Below, piece after piece: positions 31,976 to 39,807 of a DNA stretch of 64,000 bases. A program made the position numbers and the translations under genes. The DNA is from a virus. How positions within the stretch are numbered: position 1 is the first letter of the stretch; every line of letters starts with the position of its first letter. The notes under the pieces were generated by a model, which did not search any database, was not told where the DNA came from, and saw only the letters and a list, made by a program, of their open reading frames with translations. The DNA is taken from IMG/VR virus record IMGVR_UViG_3300029554_000001. One strand, written 5' to 3'.

Positions 31976-32061
31976 GCGGGTATGGTGGAATTGGTAGACA
32001 CACTTGATTTAAGTTCAAATGTCTTGCAGACGTGAGGGTTCGAGTCCCTCTACCCGTACCA
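31976..32061 (+). tRNA. tRNA-Leu (anticodon TAA), class II
   Basis: Acceptor GCGGGTA/TACCCGT (G1.U72), loop TTTAAGT, long variable arm, T-arm GAGGG-TTCGAGT-CCCTC, encoded ACCA. Confidence 0.85.
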
Positions 32062-32151
32062 TTCGCTTTTGCGGAACAAACTTGAGGCGAGGGAAGTTAG
32101 AAAACAGTAGTACCTGTACTATGAATTGATTTATAACTCGCCCACATATTA

Positions 32152-32227
32152 CGGGGATTAGCGCAGTTGATAGCGCGCGTGGTTTGGGACCATGAGGCCG
32201 TGGGTTTGAGTCCCACATCTCCGACCA
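32152..32227 (+). tRNA. tRNA-Pro (anticodon TGG)
   Basis: CGGGGAT/ATCTCCG, D-arm GCGC..GCGC, loop TTTGGGA, T-arm GTGGG-TTTGAGT-CCCAC, ACCA. Confidence 0.85.
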
Positions 32228-32265
32228 TATTTTTTAAATTTGTTACAAAAAGTGAGGAATTAATT

Positions 32266-32577
32266 ATGCAGAAGAGTTGGAATAAGTTTGTTGCTGGTCT
32301 TCTTGTTGTTGTGATTTTTGTTGCAGTTTTGGCATTGTCTGGTTGTAACAATAGCAAGAATAGTATCGGGGCTGATGTAGATAGCGTTCCTGTTGGTTTT
32401 ACTGATACTGGTTATATGGTAAAGAATGAACAAAATCGTGTTTATCATATTGTTTCTGATATGAATGGCTGGCTTTATTATTGTTCTGATGTTGAAGGCA
32501 ATCTTACTCCTATTCTAAATGCCTTTGGTACTCCTACTAAGGATACTACTCCTTTTGAGGAAATTAATAATGGTTGA
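32266..32577 (+). CDS. Lipoprotein
   Basis: Signal peptide with lipobox: MQKSWNKFVAGLLVVVIFVAVLALSGC. Confidence 0.7.
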   Translation: MQKSWNKFVAGLLVVVIFVAVLALSGCNNSKNSIGADVDSVPVGFTDTGYMVKNEQNRVYHIVSDMNGWLYYCSDVEGNLTPILNAFGTPTKDTTPFEEINNG

Positions 32578-32932
32578 AAATTATTCTCCCGATGAAAAGT
32601 TCCTTACTCAAGAATTTACTCTAAAGAGAGATGAGTTGGGAAGCTGGCTTACAGATGCAATGTGGGAAGGTCTTAAAGATTGTTTTAGGACTCCCATTTG
32701 CGAAGAAATGACTTGTGAGAAAGATATTGGCTATGAAAGAGTCGTTGGGTTTGTAAGAACTCTTTATGTTGACCCTGAAAATAATTTTGTAACATTTGAG
32801 GGGCTTTTTTGGCCTACGTATTCTTCTAAAACTAAAGAAGAGTGGAATAATATTAATCTTTCTGGTGTTTCTTTTTATGTTGTAGGAGAAAAGAATCCTA
32901 CAAAGATTCCTGTGTCTTGTTTTACAGTGTGA
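32570..32932 (+). CDS. Hypothetical protein
   Basis: ATG overlaps the upstream stop. Confidence 0.6.
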   Translation: MVENYSPDEKFLTQEFTLKRDELGSWLTDAMWEGLKDCFRTPICEEMTCEKDIGYERVVGFVRTLYVDPENNFVTFEGLFWPTYSSKTKEEWNNINLSGVSFYVVGEKNPTKIPVSCFTV

Positions 32933-32940
32933 GGTAAATT

Positions 32941-33375
32941 ATGTCTAAGAAGAGTTTTAAATATCGTAATTAGGTTGTTTGTCCGAAATGTCATCAAAAG
33001 TATTCAGCTAATTCTAATTATGAATGTCCTTATTGTCATACAAAATTCTACGACTTGAGTTTTGTTGATACAAAAACAGAAAATGGTTCGCCTGTTTATG
33101 TAAGATATAAATGTAATGGGTATACTGGCTTTGCAGAAAATCCTAAAGAAGAGTATGATGTATTTATTACAGTAGCAACATTAGGGATTAATGTCGAAAA
33201 CAATTTTAGTCATAATTATGATTATGTTTATAATTTTCGAAATGAATTTTATGCAAGACATTTACAAACCTCTTCTTTTAATGTAAAGGCAGAAATGGAA
33301 GCATTAGCTACTTCAGGAGAAAACGGTGAGCCTATTCTCTTTGTAGTTGAAGCTGTCCCTAAGAAGAAAAAATAA
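32941..33375 (+). CDS. Hypothetical Zn-ribbon protein (1 in-frame TAG)
   Basis: MSKKSFKYRN-TAG-VVCPKCHQ...CPYCH. TAG 32971 joins to the track ORF at 33055. Confidence 0.6.
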
Positions 33376-33381
33376 GGTATG

Positions 33382-33456
33382 CGTCTATAGTCTAACTGGA
33401 TAAAACAAATCTCTCCTAAAGATTAGTTCTGAGTTCGAGTCTCGGTAGGCGTGCCA
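33382..33456 (+). tRNA. tRNA-Arg (anticodon CCT)
   Basis: GCGTCTA/TAGGCGT, loop CTCCTAA, T-arm CTGAG-TTCGAGT-CTCGG, GCCA. Confidence 0.85.
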
Positions 33457-33469
33457 GAAAGGAAAAGAT

Positions 33470-33709
33470 ATGCCCAAGTGGTTGATTATTGGAATTGTTT
33501 TAATTCTTAATCATATTCTGTGGATTTTCTTTGCTCATGTAATGAAGTGCATCGCAGAAAAAAATGAAAATTATTGGGATTTTAAGGCTGACCCATTTGA
33601 ATCTTTGGGCGCATTTTTCTTTCCCTTATTTGTATTTATTTTTTCTGCTGCTAAGTTTGTCAGTAGAAAAGCCATTTATTCTGGCAAATTTGATGATAAT
33701 GAAAAGTAA
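33470..33709 (+). CDS. Small membrane protein
   Basis: Two hydrophobic helices; RBS GAAAGGAAAAG upstream. Confidence 0.6.
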   Translation: MPKWLIIGIVLILNHILWIFFAHVMKCIAEKNENYWDFKADPFESLGAFFFPLFVFIFSAAKFVSRKAIYSGKFDDNEK

Positions 33710-33791
33710 AGGAAATAAAAAAATTCTTTTATTAAATACTTGACAGATTTAAATATCTGTGTTACCCTATAAGAGAAGTGAGGAACATAAG

Positions 33792-34079
33792 TTGGAACTT
33801 TCTAAGAATCCTTCAATTAGATTCCTAACAGTTGTAAATGGTAAGGCTTGGTGTGATAATGATTCCGAAACTAAAAAGTTTAAGTTGACTAATACACCTC
33901 CTGAGCCTTTAAGAAAAGCTGTAGATGTTATTGCAGAAGATTTGGGAATTGATTTTCCTATGAGTTCTGCTAATTATGTTGCTAAAGTATACAAAGATTT
34001 TCTTGTAAAACATTTTGATTCATACCATCAGTATTATAAAAAGTTACAGGAAAATTTGCAAGAAACAGATAAAGAATAA
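33792..34079 (+). CDS. Hypothetical protein (TTG start proposed)
   Basis: The track GTG start at 33759 lies inside the promoter. TTG 33792 follows GTGAGGAA. Confidence 0.5.
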   Translation: MELSKNPSIRFLTVVNGKAWCDNDSETKKFKLTNTPPEPLRKAVDVIAEDLGIDFPMSSANYVAKVYKDFLVKHFDSYHQYYKKLQENLQETDKE

Positions 34080-34090
34080 AGGAGAAGGTT

Positions 34091-34564
34091 ATGTCAGTGT
34101 CTATTATTCAGGGAGATGTCCTTAAGACTTCGGCAAAGTATATTTGTCATCAGGTTAATACCTTTGGTGTAATGGGCGCTGGTGTTGCTCTTCAAATTAA
34201 GAAGAATTATCCTCATGTTTATTTGGAGTATAATAAGTTTTGTAGTTATCATACTCCTGAAGAGCTCTATGGTAAAGTTCTTCGAATTGAGGAAAATAAA
34301 GATAGAGTTTTCTTGAACATGTTTTCTCAGATTGGTATTGGTGGACCAAATGTAAACACCAATTATGAATATTTTCATGAATGTCTTCTTAAGATTCGTG
34401 AAATGATTCCTATTGGAGAAGAGATTGCTATGCCTTATATGATTGGGTGTGGTCTTGCTGGTGGAGATTGGTCTATTATTAGCGCAGATATTTCTGATAC
34501 TTTAGGACTAAGCCATATTGTACGTTTGTATGATTTTAATGGCGTGACTTCTGTGAAAAAGTAA
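34091..34564 (+). CDS. Macro domain protein (ADP-ribose binding/hydrolase)
   Basis: ICHQVNTFGVMGAGVALQIKKNYP and MPYMIGCGLAGGDW match the macro-domain signature. Confidence 0.8.
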   Translation: MSVSIIQGDVLKTSAKYICHQVNTFGVMGAGVALQIKKNYPHVYLEYNKFCSYHTPEELYGKVLRIEENKDRVFLNMFSQIGIGGPNVNTNYEYFHECLLKIREMIPIGEEIAMPYMIGCGLAGGDWSIISADISDTLGLSHIVRLYDFNGVTSVKK

Positions 34565-34566
34565 TT

Positions 34567-35040
34567 ATGAAAGTTTGGCTTAAATATATAGATTATTGTT
34601 ATGAAGATTATTCTCTTGATGCTGTAATGACAGAAGAGGCTATGCTTAAAGATAAACAGAGTTATTATCTTGAAGCGACTGTTAAACTTTCTGAGGATAT
34701 TAAATATCTTACAGATAAAGTAGAAATTGCTAAAAAAGAAAGACAACCTTATATTGAACAGCATAAAGAATATTGTCAGAGAAAGAATGACTTAATTAAA
34801 TCTTTAGATTCATTAGCAACTCTTTCTGATGACCAACAAAAACGTATTTATATTTTACTTAAAGATGTAAAAGCAAAGTTGCGCAAATATACAAAAGAGA
34901 TTGAAAGAAAAAGTTTTTATATCAAAGATTTAGAACGAAAAATTGAAAGACTCAAAAACCAAACTGAGGAAGAAATTCTTGATTCTTATTTAAGAGAAAA
35001 TCGTATTGCTTATGAGAGTTGGGAAGTTCTTGAACATTAA
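34567..35040 (+). CDS. Coiled-coil protein
   Basis: 157-aa ORF rich in K, E and heptad-like repeats. Confidence 0.6.
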   Translation: MKVWLKYIDYCYEDYSLDAVMTEEAMLKDKQSYYLEATVKLSEDIKYLTDKVEIAKKERQPYIEQHKEYCQRKNDLIKSLDSLATLSDDQQKRIYILLKDVKAKLRKYTKEIERKSFYIKDLERKIERLKNQTEEEILDSYLRENRIAYESWEVLEH

Positions 35041-35197
35041 ATATTAATTAAGATAGATACTCCATTGGTTAAGTCTACGTTTGTCTGGTTAAGCTCATTA
35101 CTTTACTGGTATCTTAGTAGGAAACCTATCAGGCTAGCATGAGGTCTCTACGGAGCGTGGGGTTTGATACCATTCATGCGTGAGTGGTATCATATAT

Positions 35198-35273
35198 GCA
35201 GGATTAGTGTTAGCGGTTAGCACGACGGTCTTCCAAACCGTAAGGGCGAGTTCGAATCTCGTATCTTGCTCCA
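35198..35273 (+). tRNA. tRNA-Gly (anticodon TCC)
   Basis: GCAGGAT/ATCTTGC, ACGGT-CTTCCAA-ACCGT, GCGAG-TTCGAAT-CTCGT, TCCA. Confidence 0.9.
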
Positions 35274-35295
35274 TTAAATTTTATTTAATAAACAC

Positions 35296-35324
35296 TTGAC
35301 AAAGCGTTTGTTAGATGTTATAAT
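35296..35324 (+). promoter_or_regulatory. sigma70-like promoter
   Basis: TTGACA, 17 nt spacer, TATAAT. Confidence 0.65.
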
Positions 35325-35351
35325 TCAAAATGTAAAAAGGAAGTACGAAAA

Positions 35352-35798
35352 ATGACTGATATTACCCCTATCGTAGTTGCTGTAATTGGTTTGTGCTCTT
35401 TGATTTTTACAATCGTTCTTATTCCTTATCTTAAGAAGAAGGGTAAGTTGGACGATGTTAATCATGCTCTTACTCAAGCAGAACTTATTCATAAGTATGC
35501 TTTGATTGCAGTTAAGGCTGTTGAGCAGATGTTCCCTCGGGAAATTGAAAAGCGTTTACAGGAAGCAACAAAGTATTTTAATCGGCAGATGGAAGCTCTT
35601 GGTATTACTCTTGATGCAGATGAAGTTCGTAAGGCTATTGAAGCCGCTGTTTATGAGGTGAATCGTGAACTTCACGATGAAAAGTTGAAGGAGAGCCAGC
35701 TTCAAAATACCAATCCTGTTCCTTCGAATGACAAGATTGACAACACTGGTAATGTTATCCCTGATGAAGATACTGTAACTGAAGAAGCAGTAGGCTAA
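35352..35798 (+). CDS. N-terminally anchored membrane protein (LL-H holin-like)
   Basis: A single N-terminal TM (ITPIVVAVIGLCSLIFTIVLIPYL) followed by a charged helical tail. Functional call is weak. Confidence 0.6.
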   Translation: MTDITPIVVAVIGLCSLIFTIVLIPYLKKKGKLDDVNHALTQAELIHKYALIAVKAVEQMFPREIEKRLQEATKYFNRQMEALGITLDADEVRKAIEAAVYEVNRELHDEKLKESQLQNTNPVPSNDKIDNTGNVIPDEDTVTEEAVG

Positions 35799-35953
35799 GA
35801 TAATTTTCCTTTCTTATCTTAATAAATGTGTTGTTGAGACGCAATTACTCAGCGTCTATAAATAAGTTAAGTAACGTGAGGTTTGTTGGTAAAATACGTA
35901 AGTCCTTTCAGGAATGAAAAAAACCAATATTATTAAAATATAAGGAGGCTCTT

Positions 35954-36691
35954 ATGAAACATACTGTTATGGATTAGATTACAGATAAAGAATTTGAACA
36001 AATAGTTAAAAATTCTTATTCTTATCGAGAAGTAGCTGAAAAATGTGGGTATTGTTGTATAAGTGGAGCTTCTTCTAATATTGTGAAAAAGAGAATTTAG
36101 AAATTAAATTTAGATGTTTTTCATTTTAAAAAATCGCTTCATGTTTATCGACCAGATGATGAAATTTTTGTTGAGGATTCAAAAGTAGGGCAGACAGTTT
36201 TAAGAAAACGTTTTTTAGCCTTGAATGTAGTTGAATATAAATGTTCAATATGTGGATAGGAACCATTTTGGAATGGAAAGCCTTTATCGTTAACATTAGA
36301 CCATATAAATGGTAAAAACCATGATAACAGGTTTGACAATTTAAGGTGGGTTTGTCCTAATTGTGATAGATAGCTTCCCACTTTTGGACGGCGTAATGCT
36401 ATTCACGAAGCAAAATATAATTATTGTGTTGATTGTGGAATTGTTATTACTTTTAATGCAACAAGATGTAAAAAATGTGCAGATAAAGTTAAAGCAGAAA
36501 AACAAAAAAATATCAACAAACCAAACAGAGAAGAATTGAAAAAATTAATTAGAGAAAAGAATTTTTTAACTTTAGGAAAAGAGTTTAATGTCTCTGATAA
36601 TACTATTAGAAATTGGTGCGAAAGTTATAATCTTCCAAAAAAAACAAGAGAAATAAGATTAATAAAAGACCAAGATTGGGAATTTTTGTAA
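35954..36691 (+). CDS. HNH homing endonuclease (4 in-frame TAG)
   Basis: LDHINGKNHDNRFDNLRWVCPNCD (HNH), Zn ribbons, and a C-terminal HTH-like NTIRNWC. TAGs at 35975, 36098, 36257 and 36371; codon-by-codon check runs to TAA 36689. Confidence 0.8.
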
Positions 36692-36697
36692 TTAGAT

Positions 36698-36775
36698 GAG
36701 AGTATAGTTCAACTGGTTAGAATGCCGTCTTTACACGTCGGAGGCTTACAGGTTCGAGTCCTGTTACTCTCACCA
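36698..36775 (+). tRNA. tRNA-Val (anticodon TAC)
   Basis: GAGAGTA/TACTCTC, loop TTTACAC, ACAGG-TTCGAGT-CCTGT, ACCA. Confidence 0.85.
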
Positions 36776-36797
36776 TCAGACTTAAATTTAAACAAAA

Positions 36798-36921
36798 GTT
36801 GACACTCACAGCAAATTTATTTTATGTTTTTGGAATAACGTCGTGTAAGGTTCGACTCCTTATTAACAAATCCCTTGAGCAAGGAATAGTTAACCGTGGA
36901 TGGCTAGAAAAAAGTGTCAAG
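36798..36921 (+). ncRNA. ACAGCAA-stem module A (T-arm plus capped-hairpin payload)
   Basis: 5' G-TTGACACT-C-ACAGCAA ... AGTGTCAA-G 3' (8 bp, compensated variant of TAGAC/GTCTA). Payload is the T-arm TAAGG-TTCGACT-CCTTA (36846-36862) then the capped helix TTAAC...GTTAA. Confidence 0.7.
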
Positions 36922-36934
36922 ATTGCTCACTTAT

Positions 36935-37025
36935 GGAGTAGTAAGCCTAATTGGTAAGGCACCAGTTTGCTAAATTGGTAGTAGCTTGAAAGAGCGTACT
37001 GGTTCGAGTCCAGTCTACTTCGCCA
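36935..37025 (+). tRNA. tRNA-Ser (anticodon GCT), class II
   Basis: GGAGTAG/CTACTTC, CCAGT-TTGCTAA-ATTGG, long variable arm, ACTGG-TTCGAGT-CCAGT, GCCA. Confidence 0.85.
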
Positions 37026-37146
37026 CAGAATTTATTATAGCTGCTCGTAGTAAATTCGTAGTATTAGAAGCAGTAAAGGTACGAGTATGGTATCCGGCAC
37101 AGGAGTGGTCGTTAAGGGCGAGATAAAGCTGAACTCCTTTTTATAT

Positions 37147-37265
37147 CCCCATTAGTGTAATGGAGCATTCTCGTTAACTGACGTTGAGTAAACACTAAGG
37201 TAGCTCCTTAGTGATAACAGACACATCGGGAGAGGAAGTTGGTTCGAATCCAATTATGGGGTCCA
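37147..37265 (+). tRNA. tRNA-like gene with a 53-nt insertion in the anticodon loop (anticodon unresolved)
   Basis: Acceptor CCCCATT/TATGGGG (one mismatch), anticodon stem TCTCG (37169-73)/CGGGA (37227-31), T-arm GTTGG-TTCGAAT-CCAAT, TCCA. The insert contains an 8-bp hairpin CACTAAGG/CCTTAGTG. Confidence 0.55.
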
Positions 37266-37400
37266 GTAACCACGATACCGCCTTGAAAAAGGTCGTGGAG
37301 GTTCGCCTAACAGATGGAGTATCGCTTAATGTTAGGATGTGTATATGGCGCACCTAAGTTCAGACCGTTCAGAACCTACAACCATATTAGCGGTGACAGC

Positions 37401-37501
37401 TTGGAGAGACAGCAAATATGCGGCAACTGGTGTAATAATAAAAGTAGCCATGGACAATACTTTTATTATGTTTGGAGTTCGATTCTTCGATGCCGCTCCA
37501 A
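37401..37501 (+). ncRNA. ACAGCAA-led atypical tRNA-like RNA (module variant B)
   Basis: TTGGAG-AG-ACAGCAA-ATAT, then acceptor GCGGCAA/ATGCCGC, a 12-bp hairpin ATAATAAAAGTA/TACTTTTATTAT (loop GCCATGGACAA), T-arm TGGAG-TTCGATT-CTTCG, and T-CCA. The leader TTGGAG pairs with CTCCAA, overlapping the CCA. Confidence 0.5.
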
Positions 37502-37860
37502 AAGACAGAATGGTTAGATATTTCTTGATGTCTTCAAAAAACAAGAAATCCGTAAGGTCTGTACGAAACATTCCTTGGAATACAGTTTAGCTGGTTACAA
37601 TGTATTCGACACTGAACCGCCCTCCAAGTCTGATGGACTGGTAACAATAGAAAGACCGTTGCTTTGCTTAACTGGGTACGTTAAACCCTTATGCAATGAG
37701 CAAAACTGATAATGAAAATGACCAAGATAGTTGAGTGTAAGCCCCTTATAAGGAATAGCCTCTCCTCAGCCAAACCGAGGACAGATAAGTGAAAAGCTGG
37801 TCTGTCAGTAGTTATCAGTTTTTGTTCCTTATATATTTAATAAAATAAAAGGGTGTTTTT
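37502..37860 (+). ncRNA. ORF-free structured region (unknown RNA)
   Basis: GC-richer than the coding DNA. Long-range pairing AACTGATAA (about 37697)/TTATCAGTT (about 37812) and several local hairpins. Track ORFs here lack RBSs. Confidence 0.3.
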
Positions 37861-38181
37861 ATGGATTACATTGATAAGCAGTTTGCTAAACGTGGATATA
37901 AATTAGTACGTCAAAATGAATATGGCGCTTATTATGAAAGAAAAGATAATAAGTTTAATTATACAAGTGAGCTTGATATTATAGCCAAAGCAAATGGTAA
38001 GCATCTTGTTCAGTGTTATGATGCCCAAGTAGTTTATGGTCATCCTGAAAAGGATTCTAACAACTATCGTGTTATGAATGAAGTTGATGGAATTGATGCT
38101 TCTCTTTCTTTTTGGATTTGGTTAAAGTTTCATCAGCTTAAAAGAAAGTATAAATGGGATAAGGTGAAGAAACATGATTGA
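37861..38181 (+). CDS. Hypothetical protein
   Basis: 106-aa ORF after AAAAGGGTG. Confidence 0.6.
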   Translation: MDYIDKQFAKRGYKLVRQNEYGAYYERKDNKFNYTSELDIIAKANGKHLVQCYDAQVVYGHPEKDSNNYRVMNEVDGIDASLSFWIWLKFHQLKRKYKWDKVKKHD

Positions 38182-38446
38182 GACATATATTAAGAAGCCT
38201 GTTGCTGTTCAAGCAATTATTTGGACCGGCGATAATGAGGATGAAATTACAAGCTTTGTTGGTGCTCATTGTTGTGTTACGACAGAGCATACTATGAATG
38301 GCGTTAAGAAGAATCTTATTATGTATACTCTCGAAGGTTATCACTGTGCCTCTGTTGGCGATTATATTGTCAAAGGTATTAAGGGAGAATTTTATCCTGT
38401 TAAGCCTGATATTATGGAATTAACTTATGTTAAGGTGACTGAGTAA
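38174..38446 (+). CDS. Hypothetical protein
   Basis: Overlaps the upstream stop. Confidence 0.6.
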   Translation: MIETYIKKPVAVQAIIWTGDNEDEITSFVGAHCCVTTEHTMNGVKKNLIMYTLEGYHCASVGDYIVKGIKGEFYPVKPDIMELTYVKVTE

Positions 38447-38826
38447 TGGATACTTCTTTGTTTGAAATTGTTGGTCATTATTCTATTTGGACTGGTGAAA
38501 TTACTAAATTCCGAGTTGATGATATTCTAAGAGATAAAGAATTTAATTATTGGTATAAGATAGATTCTGAAACTATTGAATATCCTTGGGAAGTTCGTAT
38601 TTTAGATGCTACTCAAGTTTGGACTAATGCTGACTGTTATCAAGATAGTACATCAGGTAAATGGATTTATAGATGCATTCCTTATGACGGTTTAATCTTT
38701 ACCCTTGAAGCTAATTCTATGACAGAATTGGTAGACCTTATTAGAGATTTTGTTACTCCTCCTGAAGACATGGAAACTAAACTTGTTGCAAGTTCTAATT
38801 ATGATTGTTTTACTCAAAAGTTCTAA
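38446..38826 (+). CDS. Hypothetical protein
   Basis: TAATG coupling. Confidence 0.6.
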   Translation: MDTSLFEIVGHYSIWTGEITKFRVDDILRDKEFNYWYKIDSETIEYPWEVRILDATQVWTNADCYQDSTSGKWIYRCIPYDGLIFTLEANSMTELVDLIRDFVTPPEDMETKLVASSNYDCFTQKF

Positions 38827-38931
38827 TAAAGACTTGACAAAGATTTAAAAGTGTGGTAAGATAAATACATCTTAAGAGAAGAGAAAAACAAAAAACTTCT
38901 CAAAAAGACAAAAATAAATTTTAATAAGTGG

Positions 38932-38960
38932 TTGACATCTTAAAGATGATATGCTATAAT
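38932..38960 (+). promoter_or_regulatory. sigma70-like promoter (extended -10) driving an RNA cluster
   Basis: TTGACA, 17 nt spacer, TGcTATAAT. Confidence 0.65.
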
Positions 38961-38992
38961 AAGTGCATAAATAAAACCTCCTGAATAATAAA

Positions 38993-39109
38993 GTAGACTC
39001 TTACAGCAAATTTTCTAAAGGATAACACAATTGTCTTGAAAACAATCATTAGCGAGTTCGATTCTCGTCAGAGGGCGCTCTGTGGTGAATAATACGCAAA
39101 AGAGTCTAG
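38993..39109 (+). ncRNA. ACAGCAA-stem module 1 (anticodon-arm mimic, T-arm and capped helix)
   Basis: G-TAGACTCT-T-ACAGCAA ... AGAGTCTA-G. Payload is ATTGT-CTTGAAA-ACAAT (39030-39046; same loop as tRNA-Ser-TGA), T-arm GCGAG-TTCGATT-CTCGT, and the capped helix CAGAG-GGCG-CTCTG. Confidence 0.7.
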
Positions 39110-39121
39110 GTTAATTAATTT

Positions 39122-39197
39122 GGTCGGTTAGTCAAGTGGGCTAAGACACTGGCCTTTCACGTCAGTAGCACGGGTTCGAACCCCGTACCGACTACCA
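39122..39197 (+). tRNA. tRNA-Glu (anticodon TTC)
   Basis: GGTCGGT/ACCGACT, CTGGC-CTTTCAC-GTCAG, ACGGG-TTCGAAC-CCCGT, ACCA. Confidence 0.85.
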
Positions 39198-39370
39198 TTA
39201 TTCAAATCAGAAATCCGTTCTTATGATAGTGTGAGTAAGTTTTATCGGAATTAAATGAGGGGAACTTAAATCTATCGAAGGGTTAAGAAATAATTGTTTG
39301 ACGAAAAGTTGTTTCTCCTTTCTCTCTATCTGAGATGAATAATTTCCTTTCTGTAAGATGATATTGTAAA

Positions 39371-39504
39371 GTAGAGACTAACAGCAATTTTAAAATTATG
39401 TTAAAAAACCAAGCTCCCATTCTTCGGTTCGAATCCGAACGTCTTCAGTTGAAGTATGTAGCCAAGTGGTTTAAGGCAGGAGCCCATAATAACAATGTCT
39501 CTAG
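39371..39504 (+). ncRNA. ACAGCAA-stem module 2 carrying a circularly permuted tRNA-Gln-like body
   Basis: G-TAGAGAC-TA-ACAGCAA ... GTCTCTA-G. Internal order: GCTCC, var CATTC, T-arm TTCGG-TTCGAAT-CCGAA, acceptor 3' CGTCTTC, cap AGTTG, acceptor 5' AAGTATG, TA, D-arm GCC-AAGTGGTTTAA-GGC, A, GGAGC. Confidence 0.7.
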
Positions 39505-39511
39505 TATTTAT

Positions 39512-39588
39512 GCCCGTGTAGCTCAGTTGGTAGAAGCATTTGCCTTTTAAGCAAAGGGTCGAGAGTTCGAGTCTCTCCACGAGCACCA
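39512..39588 (+). tRNA. tRNA-Lys (anticodon TTT)
   Basis: GCCCGTG/CACGAGC (C3.A70 mismatch), TTTGC-CTTTTAA-GCAAA, GAGAG-TTCGAGT-CTCTC, ACCA. Confidence 0.85.
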
Positions 39589-39604
39589 AAAGCATTAGTA
39601 CATT

Positions 39605-39669
39605 GTAGACGCTTACAGCAATTTTAATTGTACTTATCTGTTAAATAAGAATACACAAAAAGCGTCTAG
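39605..39669 (+). ncRNA. ACAGCAA-stem module 3 (65 nt; bare anticodon-stem-loop mimic, GUU loop)
   Basis: G-TAGACGCT-T-ACAGCAA ... AGCGTCTA-G. The apical hairpin CTTAT-CTGTTAA-ATAAG (39633-39649) has the same 7-nt loop as tRNA-Asn at 40971. Confidence 0.7.
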
Positions 39670-39696
39670 CCCCTTTCTAAAGGAGAACAATTAAAT

Positions 39697-39781
39697 GGGT
39701 GAGTAGTGAATCGGCAAACACGCTTGACTGTAAATCAAGTTCCTGACGGAGTAGAAGGGTCGGCACCTTCCTCACCCACCA
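39697..39781 (+). tRNA. tRNA-Tyr (anticodon GTA), class II, unusual T-loop
   Basis: GGGTGAG/CTCACCC, CTTGA-CTGTAAA-TCAAG, long variable arm, T-arm GAAGG-GTCGGCA-CCTTC (G replaces T54), ACCA. Confidence 0.8.
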
Positions 39782-39807
39782 ATTTAAAATTTAAAGGAGA
39801 AAATATT

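Noticed and set aside
33759-33791. GTG start of ORF 33759 and similar track starts inside promoters (31675, 47765, 60331)
   Set aside because: These starts overlap -10/-35 elements and lack RBSs. Downstream starts with RBSs were used instead, or the region was treated as noncoding.
35820-35850. GAGACGC...GCGTCTA hairpin as a further ACAGCAA module
   Set aside because: It lacks the ACAGCAA strand and the G...G frame. It looks like a simple hairpin downstream of the 35352 gene.
37420-37500. tmRNA or two-piece tmRNA (also considered for 41049-41125)
   Set aside because: The acceptor and T-arm halves are separated by only about 45 nt, there is no tag reading frame or pseudoknot series, and the alanine-identity G3.U70 pair is not evident.
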